From contig JAKFCY010000002.1 in assembly GCA_036676395.1 (NCBI GenBank), forward strand, positions 1,120,001-1,184,000: a stretch of 64,000 nucleotides of DNA. The letters are read 5' to 3'. The translations under genes and the position numbers were made by a program. Source of the DNA: Bdellovibrio sp. Lineage in GTDB: Bacteria; Bdellovibrionota; Bdellovibrionia; Bdellovibrionales; Bdellovibrionaceae. Below the pieces are notes generated by a model, which worked only from the letters and a program-made list of their open reading frames with translations, searched no databases and was not told the DNA's origin. The first letter of the stretch is position 1. Every line of letters starts with the position of its first letter. Of this stretch, positions 18,138 to 26,162 are shown piece by piece.

Positions 18138-21100
18138 TTAATTTAAAGAAGTTATCACTACTTGGCCTTTTGATTCCAGTCATCGCAATGGCCGGAACTG
18201 AAAAAGAATATAAAGCGATCATTGCTAAGTCTTGGGCGCTTAAAAATACCGGAGTTAGTCAGTTGTTTGACTTAGATCCGTTACAAACATACCGCTTGCA
18301 GGCTAAAGCCGGTGAAGATTTACATTTACTGCCGCCAGTGGCGTCTCCGGTCGCTTTGAAAAAAATCAAAGTTGCAGTTCTTGATACCGGAGTAGATGTA
18401 ACTCACCCGTATTTAAAAAATCGTATCGCACGTAACGAAAAAGAGTGTGCAAATTACGATAAATTTGAATCTTGCTTAGCCACTGAATCTGAAACGGTGA
18501 AGTCTTGCACTGATAAATACTTAATTTCAGATGAAGACGGCAACGGCTATCCAGCAGACTGCGTCGGCTGGAGTATTTTTGGCGATCCAACTTCAACTAA
18601 TATTATCGGAACTCCTGATGTCGCTGATACAATCGGTCACGGAACTCACGTGGCGGGTCTTGTGGCTTCGGTATCTGATAATGTTGAAATTATTCCGGTG
18701 CAAGTTATTGCTGACGCACCAAATGAGCCAGTTAAACCTTTCAGTATTGATTTAGAACCAAACGAAGACGGTCGCGGTGGATTAAATCCAAACGGTGCTT
18801 TTGAAAATGCTGAGCGCACAGCGCGTGGAATAATTTACGCAATGAATGCTGGTGCGCAAATCATTACAATGTCTATCGGCTGGCCTGAAATGAATGACAC
18901 TGAATTATTAAAAATGGCCGTTAAAGAAGCCCAAAGCCGCGGAATTATCGTCTTAGCTGCTGCAGGAAACGATTCTACTCAAAGTCTATTACGCCCATGT
19001 CAATATGCTGGTGTAATTTGTGTGGGAGCATCTCGTCCAGACGGCGCGATGGCGCATTTTTCTAACTATGGTTATGGTGTTGATATCGCTGCTCCGGGCA
19101 CTGGTTTAGTTTCAACGATTCCAATGACTCACAGATCAATCCGTTTACCTGGATTTATCGGCGTCGATATTTTAAATGGTACTTCGCAAGCAACTCCACT
19201 TGTTGCTGGTGTTATCGCTGATATGCTAGCTCGCGGAATTCCGGCTGAAGAAATTTACCCACGTCTTATTTTAGGCGCACGTAAAACAAGTCCAGAATTA
19301 CCAGTGTTAGTTGGGCCAGTTCAAGCTAAAGGAACTGCTGCTTTACCAAGTAAGTCTTATGATCGTTACACTTTAGCAGGTCTTATTGATGCTAAGGGTG
19401 CTGTGAACGTTAAAGCTAAGTCTTTAATTTTAAGCGCGAATAAAGACATCCAAGTGATCGAATGGAACAGAACATCGCGTGAATTATCATTTAAATTTGC
19501 GGTTAAGAACTACTGGTCGGATGTAGCATCTGTAGATGTGACCTTAGATATTGTTTCAAGAAACAAATCTCGTTATTACCCATCGGTTGTAAAATCTGAA
19601 ATTTTACACGACGGCGATGATATGTGGGAAATGGGCGAAGAGCGTTTAGTGCAAGTGGATTTAGAAATCACAGACACAGATGATGCAGCTCTTTCTCAAG
19701 TAGCCAGTGATTTATCGTTTATAGTAAGCCCTACAGTAAATGGCGAAAAAGCGATGGCTTTTGAAACTCGTGCTGAAATTCAGGTTAAATTAACAAAAGA
19801 TGCCGTCGGCAGTGATTTGTCTTCGATTCCAATCGTGGGTCAATTAGCCCGCGGTATGAAGTTATTCTTAGTCGATGAAGTTTACGATAACAGCTTGCAA
19901 AACCGTGATTACATGGCCTTAAAGCAAGGTGAAACTACTTTTGATGTGCAACTCGTAAGATTTAAAAATAATTCTTACACCTTTGAAGCGATCAAAACGA
20001 TCACTCTTGATGGTAACGTTAAGCAAACTCGTCCGGTGCAGCGTGTGCGTATGGATATCGACGGTGACGGGGTTTCTGAGTATGTTTTAGTGATTCAAGA
20101 ATTTAAAGAAAAAGGCGGTCTATATAATCAAGGCGATTATATCCTTCATTTTTATATCTTCGATACGAATATGAATATTAAAAAACAATATTCATTCTAT
20201 GATCAACGCGCGGTTATGCCTGTGAACTATAGCTGGTTAAAAGTGGGTAATGAATTGCGTCCAGCGTGGGTCATTACCGGTAAAGCGGTTATCAAAAAAT
20301 GGGATGTTACTGATTTATGGCAAACTGATGAAGACGCAAAACCTAATATGGGTGGAACAGACATCCGTTTATACTTCTTAAATAAAGATTATAAACTAGA
20401 TGAAATCCAACCGCCGAAAGACGCGCGTATCGTGGATATTATCCAGCCGACACTTAAACAAGTGCAGTCGGGTGTACTTCCGGTATTGATTGCTAAAAAT
20501 TTAGGAACTGAAATCAAACCTTCATACTTGTACCAATTTTCCCTAGCGTATGTACAAAATGGACAAGTGACGGGCGAGAAAGTTATCGAAAATTTAAGTG
20601 CAGCAAAAAATTATCGTAACTTATTAGATACTCGTGTTGATAAAATTTTAAATTTACATTCAGCAAATGATGAGTACCGCGGAACTTTTTGGTTTGGTGC
20701 TGATGCTCATAAAAAACAACGTGTAACTGCGATTGATTTTAACACCAACAAAATGCATGACCGTTTGTTAGAGTCGATCACGACGATTTATGATGCTCCA
20801 TTATTAGTGCGCTCGGCTTATATGGGTAAAAAAACACAGGGTGTGTTTTTAATCACGAACAGCGAGATCGAATATCATGACTTCAAAGGTGGATCTGCTG
20901 TGCAAACCAGCTTAAATAAGTACACTTTCATGGGCGATGATTTAACAGTAAATTTACAATTTCCAATTACGATTAATAATCGTAAGTCGGGTGATAAATT
21001 TCCTGCGCTATTTAATGTGGCAGGAACTGCGATCAGCCGTGGTGTCAAAATGATTACTCCAGTTTACAACAAAGCTGGCAAGGTGGAGCAAATTATCGCA

Positions 21101-21232
21101 CCAGCAAGATTGCATATGCAAACACCACAAGGCTGTCGTCCGCAAGATGCACCACTCTATTTGGGAACTAGTGGCTATGCTCTAGATTTTTATTGCGGTG
21201 ATAAGTTTTTACGTCTTCAATTGACATACTAA
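18134..21232 (+). CDS. Secreted S8 (subtilisin-like) serine protease with large C-terminal extension
   Basis: Triad motifs VAVLDTGVD, HGTHVAG, GTSQATP; AAAGND oxyanion motif; FG-GAP-like DIDGDGVSE in C-half. Confidence 0.9.
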   Translation: MINLKKLSLLGLLIPVIAMAGTEKEYKAIIAKSWALKNTGVSQLFDLDPLQTYRLQAKAGEDLHLLPPVASPVALKKIKVAVLDTGVDVTHPYLKNRIARNEKECANYDKFESCLATESETVKSCTDKYLISDEDGNGYPADCVGWSIFGDPTSTNIIGTPDVADTIGHGTHVAGLVASVSDNVEIIPVQVIADAPNEPVKPFSIDLEPNEDGRGGLNPNGAFENAERTARGIIYAMNAGAQIITMSIGWPEMNDTELLKMAVKEAQSRGIIVLAAAGNDSTQSLLRPCQYAGVICVGASRPDGAMAHFSNYGYGVDIAAPGTGLVSTIPMTHRSIRLPGFIGVDILNGTSQATPLVAGVIADMLARGIPAEEIYPRLILGARKTSPELPVLVGPVQAKGTAALPSKSYDRYTLAGLIDAKGAVNVKAKSLILSANKDIQVIEWNRTSRELSFKFAVKNYWSDVASVDVTLDIVSRNKSRYYPSVVKSEILHDGDDMWEMGEERLVQVDLEITDTDDAALSQVASDLSFIVSPTVNGEKAMAFETRAEIQVKLTKDAVGSDLSSIPIVGQLARGMKLFLVDEVYDNSLQNRDYMALKQGETTFDVQLVRFKNNSYTFEAIKTITLDGNVKQTRPVQRVRMDIDGDGVSEYVLVIQEFKEKGGLYNQGDYILHFYIFDTNMNIKKQYSFYDQRAVMPVNYSWLKVGNELRPAWVITGKAVIKKWDVTDLWQTDEDAKPNMGGTDIRLYFLNKDYKLDEIQPPKDARIVDIIQPTLKQVQSGVLPVLIAKNLGTEIKPSYLYQFSLAYVQNGQVTGEKVIENLSAAKNYRNLLDTRVDKILNLHSANDEYRGTFWFGADAHKKQRVTAIDFNTNKMHDRLLESITTIYDAPLLVRSAYMGKKTQGVFLITNSEIEYHDFKGGSAVQTSLNKYTFMGDDLTVNLQFPITINNRKSGDKFPALFNVAGTAISRGVKMITPVYNKAGKVEQIIAPARLHMQTPQGCRPQDAPLYLGTSGYALDFYCGDKFLRLQLTY

Positions 21233-21268
21233 AGACACACTAGCTCTAGTTAAAATTGTTCTCACAAT

Positions 21269-21305
21269 AAAAATGCATGACTTTCAATCAGTCATGCATT
21301 TTTTT
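21269..21305 (+). terminator. Intrinsic terminator
   Basis: AAAAATGCATGACT-ttcaatc-AGTCATGCATTTTT stem with T tail. Confidence 0.75.
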
Positions 21306-21368
21306 CATTGCACACTCGCTCTAACCCCCGGCCATCTCTATTGAATCCCAGAACTGGTGTCAAAAAAG

Positions 21369-21385
21369 TTGGCCCATGTTTAGCA
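21369..21385 (+). promoter_or_regulatory. Sigma54-type -24/-12 promoter
   Basis: TTGGCCCATGTTTAGCA: GG-N10-GC; shares AAGTTGGCCC and TTAGC with the 14604 site. Confidence 0.6.
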
Positions 21386-21437
21386 TTGTTAACACCCGTA
21401 CTCGAAAAACCAAAAAAAACCAAACGGGGGAAAAACA

Positions 21438-22376
21438 ATGAAATTAACAAGTGCTTTATTATTAGTAGCTAGTATCGCGGTACTATCATCTTGCGGCGGT
21501 GGCGGCGGCGGCGGTAGCCCATCAACTTACAATCCAGGTCCAAATGATTCTGGCGACATCTTACAATATCCATACGAAACAGTATACGGCGATGCATGCC
21601 GTGGTTCTAATGAACCAACTCCAGGTTGTACTTTTGTTCGTGCAACTGGCCAACGTGCGACAGTTTCATCTGATCCAGATTATGATCAATATGGTTACGG
21701 TTCTGATGACCTTTGGTATGTTACCTTCGATTCATCTGGTAACGCTTCAGTATATAATGACTTAGGTGTGTTTCAATATTCAGCTAACATTAACAGCTTT
21801 GCTGGTTTCGTTGGTGGTACAACTATCGGTGTTGGAACAACTGGAACATTCTGGGAAAACGTAGCTGGTGGAACTTACTGGTTCGGCGATAACGGAGTAT
21901 TATACTCTGCTAACTCTAATTCATCTAACTACGGTCAAGCGATCAACAATAAAGGTGCTAAAAAAGCAACTGACACAAATTCAAAAGCGATCTCTTCTGA
22001 GCAAAATCAAAAGTTGATCAAAGCTGGTGCTGCGAAATTAGTTAAAGAATACAAATTAACTAACTCTAAAGCTATTGCTGTAGCATCTGCTTTAAACTCT
22101 TGGGCTGTAATGGGTGCTGAGCGTGGTAAAGTAACTACTGGTGACATGGATAAAACTTTTAAAACAGTTTTCGGTGTTAAGTTCAACGAAGCTTTATCAG
22201 CTGTAAATGCATTCCGTTCTGGTGGTGCTGATGCTGAAGACAAAGCACGTGATTTAACAAACCGTTCTGCAGCTACTTTAGGTTTAAAACCTGATCAAGC
22301 TAAAGAATTCATCAAAGGTATGTACAAAGGTGCTATCGAAGAAGCTGGTATGACTACTGACGATATCCAATGGTAA
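21438..22376 (+). CDS. Hypothetical lipoprotein
   Basis: Lipobox LSSC followed by a poly-Gly linker; GGGGG RBS; strong terminator downstream. Confidence 0.75.
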   Translation: MKLTSALLLVASIAVLSSCGGGGGGGSPSTYNPGPNDSGDILQYPYETVYGDACRGSNEPTPGCTFVRATGQRATVSSDPDYDQYGYGSDDLWYVTFDSSGNASVYNDLGVFQYSANINSFAGFVGGTTIGVGTTGTFWENVAGGTYWFGDNGVLYSANSNSSNYGQAINNKGAKKATDTNSKAISSEQNQKLIKAGAAKLVKEYKLTNSKAIAVASALNSWAVMGAERGKVTTGDMDKTFKTVFGVKFNEALSAVNAFRSGGADAEDKARDLTNRSAATLGLKPDQAKEFIKGMYKGAIEEAGMTTDDIQW

Positions 22377-22380
22377 TTCT

Positions 22381-22493
22381 TAGGTAGGCCGTCCCTTTTT
22401 CGGGAGCAGCGTACCATTAAAACCAAAAGCCAAGGCTAATCACCTTGGCTTTTTTTTAGGTATAGGTAGGCCGTTACTTTTTGGGGAGCAGCG
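22381..22493. repeat. Two 31-bp direct repeats (REP-like) flanking a terminator
   Basis: 22381-22411 taggtaggccgtccctttttcgggagcagcg vs 22463-22493 taggtaggccgttactttttggggagcagcg, 28/31 identical. Confidence 0.8.
22425..22457. terminator. Bidirectional intrinsic terminator
   Basis: AAAAGCCAAGG-ctaatca-CCTTGGCTTTTTTTT between convergent genes. Confidence 0.85.
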
Positions 22494-22497
22494 CTTC

Positions 22498-23175
22498 CTA
22501 GAAGTAAAATGTTAATAACATTTTACCGGCGAAACCTAAAACATTTGAAGACGTACTGCTTGTAGCGATTTTCTTTTGTTCGACTAAGCCTTCAAATCTC
22601 AAAGCCGTTGTTGAGCGCATTAAATACCAAGTTAGAAATCCACCAGCGCCCAATGCAAAAATTTGTGCACTTGAACCGTTGGTGAACTCGCGATTACCAC
22701 CAAAAGTTTGCGCGGTTAAACCATATACAGTGTCTTCGCTGACTACATTCGGTGTAATATTATAATCAAAATATCCGCCGACATAAAAATCAGTATTAAA
22801 GCCAGCGCCTTCATCTAATAAATTAATATGAATTAGCGGACCAATTTCGTAATCGCCGTAATTCCAGCCGTAACGGGCTTCGATGTCGATTTGATGTTCT
22901 TGTAAGTTATCAGATTTAAAAAACGAAGTATCGATTCCCGCAGAAAAAGAATTTTCGCGTGAGCGATTTGAACGGGAATAAGTCACATCTTCAGAAATTA
23001 ATCCAGATTGTTTGCTGGATTGGATCGTGTACGTTTCGCCCGGAATCAAAGGCACCGAACTTTCAATCACCGCCGAATTGCCCTTGGTTTTTTTAACCGT
23101 GAAAGTCGCAGCTAGCGCGGGTAACGAAATTAATGAAGAGATAATAATTGATAAAACTAAGTTGTGTTGCTTCAT
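22498..23175 (-). CDS. Probable outer-membrane beta-barrel protein
   Basis: Signal peptide (PALA-A), amphipathic beta strands, C-terminal LTFYF barrel signature. Confidence 0.6.
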   Translation of the reverse strand: MKQHNLVLSIIISSLISLPALAATFTVKKTKGNSAVIESSVPLIPGETYTIQSSKQSGLISEDVTYSRSNRSRENSFSAGIDTSFFKSDNLQEHQIDIEARYGWNYGDYEIGPLIHINLLDEGAGFNTDFYVGGYFDYNITPNVVSEDTVYGLTAQTFGGNREFTNGSSAQIFALGAGGFLTWYLMRSTTALRFEGLVEQKKIATSSTSSNVLGFAGKMLLTFYF

Positions 23176-23206
23176 TGTTTCATTATGAGATCTATCGAGC
23201 ATAGAC

Positions 23207-23234
23207 TCAAGTCCAGTTCAATCTTGACCGATAT
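23207..23234 (+). promoter_or_regulatory. Sigma28 (FliA)-type promoter
   Basis: TCAAG-N15-ACCGATAT, resembling the sigma28 consensus T(A/C)AAG...GCCGATAA. Confidence 0.55.
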
Positions 23235-23265
23235 TTGTTATAGACCTATTTCTACGGGGGAATGC

Positions 23266-23916
23266 GTGTCGGTTAAACTCATTTGGGGTAATATACCTAA
23301 TTGGGCCTATGACTCGGTCAAAGGCTTTCTTGAATGTTTAAAAACAGTTGAGCCATCTACTTACGAGCACTGCTTACGGGTGGGTGAATACTCCAGAAAA
23401 TTGGCGCGCGATATCGGACTCAACGAGTACGAACAAAAAGTCGCCGAATTTTCAGGCCTGCTTCACGACATCGGAAAAATCGGTATAGAAAAAGATATTC
23501 TTTTAAAGCCGGGTCGTCTTGATCCCAAAGAATTAGATATTATGCGAAATCATTCGACGATCAGTGAACAGATCGTAAAACCCTTAGCAACAAATCCCTT
23601 CTTCGCTCAACTTCTGCCAGGTATTCGCGGTCATCATGAGCGCATCGATGGTGAAGGTTATCCCGATAAAAAAATTGGTGACGAAATTTCATTATTCGCA
23701 AGAATTATTCTAGTCGTAGATACTTTCGATGCGATGACAGAAAACCGAGTTTACAGAAAAGGCCTGCCACCAGAAATCGCGTTCTCAGAATTAAAACGCT
23801 GTGGCGGATCACAATTCGATTCACAATTAGTAAAAGCATTTCTGCAAGCGCAGCCCTATTGGAACGCCGACAAAGATAAAGAAACAGAACATTTAATCGT
23901 TAAAAAGATCGCCTAA
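23266..23916 (+). CDS. Stand-alone HD-GYP cyclic dinucleotide phosphodiesterase
   Basis: EHCLRV, LLHDIGKI, HHERIDGEGYP, DTFDAMT.RVYR; GTG start at 23266 after GGGGGA RBS. Confidence 0.88.
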   Translation: MSVKLIWGNIPNWAYDSVKGFLECLKTVEPSTYEHCLRVGEYSRKLARDIGLNEYEQKVAEFSGLLHDIGKIGIEKDILLKPGRLDPKELDIMRNHSTISEQIVKPLATNPFFAQLLPGIRGHHERIDGEGYPDKKIGDEISLFARIILVVDTFDAMTENRVYRKGLPPEIAFSELKRCGGSQFDSQLVKAFLQAQPYWNADKDKETEHLIVKKIA

Positions 23917-23982
23917 TACGAAGCTCGCATCCTGCTGTAGCTTCTGACGGCGTCGTGCCGTCAGATCAATGGGATTTGGCTT

Positions 23983-24786
23983 TTAGTTTTGCTTATTCGT
24001 GCTTTCGAAAATCTTATCAGCGGATTTAGCGATAAAGCCCTGATAAAGTTTTCCGTTTGGAAGCGCATAGCGCTTTGCAAACTCATAGTAACAAGCTGGA
24101 ATTTTAAAAGTGCCATCTTTAAACTGCACAGGCTCTGCGTTAGCCATCGTTGAAGATTGCTCCAGTAATTCAGCCGGAGTTCCTTTAATTTCGCCACCAG
24201 AGGCATTTAGCTTAACGCCAAGGCCCTTAACAAAAACATTTAGATCCTGAATGTTTTCAAACTGATCTAATTGGTTAATGTTTACAGTGAAGTGATTCGG
24301 TCTAAAGCCCCAAGCGTAAACCCAAGAAGCATATTCGCTGACTTCAGCCAATTTTTCATAAACTGAATGTTCGATCGGCCAGTGCGTGCCAGAGAAAATA
24401 AAATCTTCAGAATCAATTTTACTTTGCGGAATTAATTCAACGATTTGATTAATTGTTTTTTGAACAAATTCAGGCATTTTTTCTAGCTCAAGTTCTGAGA
24501 TAAAAATTTTCGGCATATCAGGATTTGTCTGATGTTCGTAATGTTTTGCGTATAGTTTTTTTTCTACGAAAAAGTATTCACCAGAATCTTTGTAGCCATA
24601 CTTTTCAAAGTGTTTAGCTAAAGACTTGATCCCAAGCTTAGGGTGGTTAAACGTTCTTAATGCGATATGATCGTTTAAGACATGTTTATTGTTTTTTGAA
24701 AAAGCTTGATAAATTTGAGCAGCCTGCGGATTCATTTTGCAGTAATCGGCCCACATCGTGTCTAAAAGTTGATTCAGGTTATTCAT
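23983..24786 (-). CDS. DUF1338 family (HglS-like 2-oxoadipate dioxygenase/decarboxylase)
   Basis: NDHIALRTF, PKIFISEL, SEYASW, NHFTV, LLEQSST, YYEFAKRY, YQGF...ADKIFEST. Confidence 0.85.
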   Translation of the reverse strand: MNNLNQLLDTMWADYCKMNPQAAQIYQAFSKNNKHVLNDHIALRTFNHPKLGIKSLAKHFEKYGYKDSGEYFFVEKKLYAKHYEHQTNPDMPKIFISELELEKMPEFVQKTINQIVELIPQSKIDSEDFIFSGTHWPIEHSVYEKLAEVSEYASWVYAWGFRPNHFTVNINQLDQFENIQDLNVFVKGLGVKLNASGGEIKGTPAELLEQSSTMANAEPVQFKDGTFKIPACYYEFAKRYALPNGKLYQGFIAKSADKIFESTNKQN

Positions 24787-24954
24787 GCCCAAAAGTATAC
24801 TGAAACTTGCTTCATATTTGCAAGCCTGTCTAGATTATGAATAAATATGCGTTAATGAAGTTGTCGAAGATACGGTGCAACCGATGTGCTTTAGTGCAGA
24901 TCATCGGTTGTTGCCATTAGCAAAGTGTAATAATTAACTGGGATAAGAAATGTT

Positions 24955-24983
24955 AAAGGGCTCCATTTTGATGAGCCCTTTTT
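24955..24983. terminator. Intrinsic terminator-like hairpin
   Basis: AAAGGGCTC(C)AT-tttg-ATGAGCCCTTTTT, downstream of rpmG. Confidence 0.7.
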
Positions 24984-25043
24984 CCATAGATGCTAAAATT
25001 TCTTTATCTGTAAGATAATACTTAAAGAATTAACTTTCGTTAA

Positions 25044-25223
25044 TTACTTAGTTTCTCTGTGAACAGTGTGTTTTTGCATGTTTGGATTGTATTTTTTCTT
25101 TTCAAGACGACCAGGTGTTTTAGTTTTGTTTTTAGTCGTAGTGTAACGAGAAACTGGTTTGCCTGCACCTTTTGCTTCAGTACATTCTAAAGTTACGATA
25201 ATGCGTCCAGATTTTTTTGCCAT
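25044..25223 (-). CDS. rpmG: 50S ribosomal protein L33
   Basis: [10 protein letters not shown]...SRYTTTKNK...RLEKKKYNP...[15 protein letters not shown] before ATG 25223. Confidence 0.95.
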   Translation of the reverse strand: MAKKSGRIIVTLECTEAKGAGKPVSRYTTTKNKTKTPGRLEKKKYNPNMQKHTVHRETK

Positions 25224-25300
25224 AGTAGTGCTCCATTTAAAATAACGAACGACTATATAAAAAGATTTACCCCGTAGAGTCAATCGAATATAAGTTTCTT

Positions 25301-26161
25301 ATGTCATTAAATACACTCCTCATAGCTATTATTTCGGTGATTCTGCCTCTAACTGCCTCAGCGCAGATCTATGACGGCTCAACAAATACTCAGATCGAAT
25401 TAAACCAAGTTATAGAGCAAATTAAGCCAGGGCACATCTTAGTCATCGGTGAATTGCACGGGCTAAAGCTAATCCATGATCAGCAAATGGGCATTTTGCA
25501 GGCTTTGCGTGAGCGTGGCCACAAGATCGCCGTTGGTATGGAGTTCTTCAATTATACAGATCAAGCTTTAATTAACGATTTCCGTGCTGGCCGCCTTTTA
25601 GAAGCCGACTTCAAAAAAGCCATCGGCTGGGGAGCTAATGATTTTAATCTTTATGGGCCACAGTTAATGTTCGGCGAAGCTGGTTTAGGGATTAATATTC
25701 CAAGAGCTGTGACAAGCCAGATTTCAAAAAACGGTCTTGCCTCGCTTACGCCAGAACAGCAACTTTTAATGCCGCCAGATTTTATGATGGGTAACGAAGC
25801 CTATAAGCGCCGATTCTTTGAAGTGATGGGCGGGCATGTGCCTCCAGAAAAATTTATCAACTACTTTGCGGCTCAATCGGTGTGGGATGAAACAATGGCT
25901 TGGCAGGCTTTAAACTTCGTTAAAGCAAATCCAGAATATACTTATGTAATTATCGTCGGCGAGTTTCACGTGGCTTATGGTGGCGGCCTTCCAGACCGTT
26001 TACGCTGGCGCCTGAATGAATCAAATATGTGTAGCCCCATTGAAATCAAAACGGTTTCGCAAGTCTACACTGAAGGATTAACCCCAGAAGAGATTCAAAA
26101 AGAAATTGCGCCATCAGAACTTGACGGCGCACGTGCGGATTTTATTTTCTTAAGTAAATAA
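25301..26161 (+). CDS. ChaN-family (EreA/ChaN-like) exported protein
   Basis: GELH, HDQQ, GMEFF, QSVWDETMA, GEFHVAYGGG, ADF; signal peptide. Confidence 0.8.
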   Translation: MSLNTLLIAIISVILPLTASAQIYDGSTNTQIELNQVIEQIKPGHILVIGELHGLKLIHDQQMGILQALRERGHKIAVGMEFFNYTDQALINDFRAGRLLEADFKKAIGWGANDFNLYGPQLMFGEAGLGINIPRAVTSQISKNGLASLTPEQQLLMPPDFMMGNEAYKRRFFEVMGGHVPPEKFINYFAAQSVWDETMAWQALNFVKANPEYTYVIIVGEFHVAYGGGLPDRLRWRLNESNMCSPIEIKTVSQVYTEGLTPEEIQKEIAPSELDGARADFIFLSK

Positions 26162-26162
26162 C

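Noticed and set aside
21494..21515. GGC microsatellite as a phase-variation site
   Set aside because: In-frame triplet run encoding a Gly linker with mixed GGC/GGT codons; slippage would not shift the frame
22381..22493. Possible mini CRISPR array
   Set aside because: Only two imperfect copies, the intervening sequence is a terminator, and no cas genes are in the window
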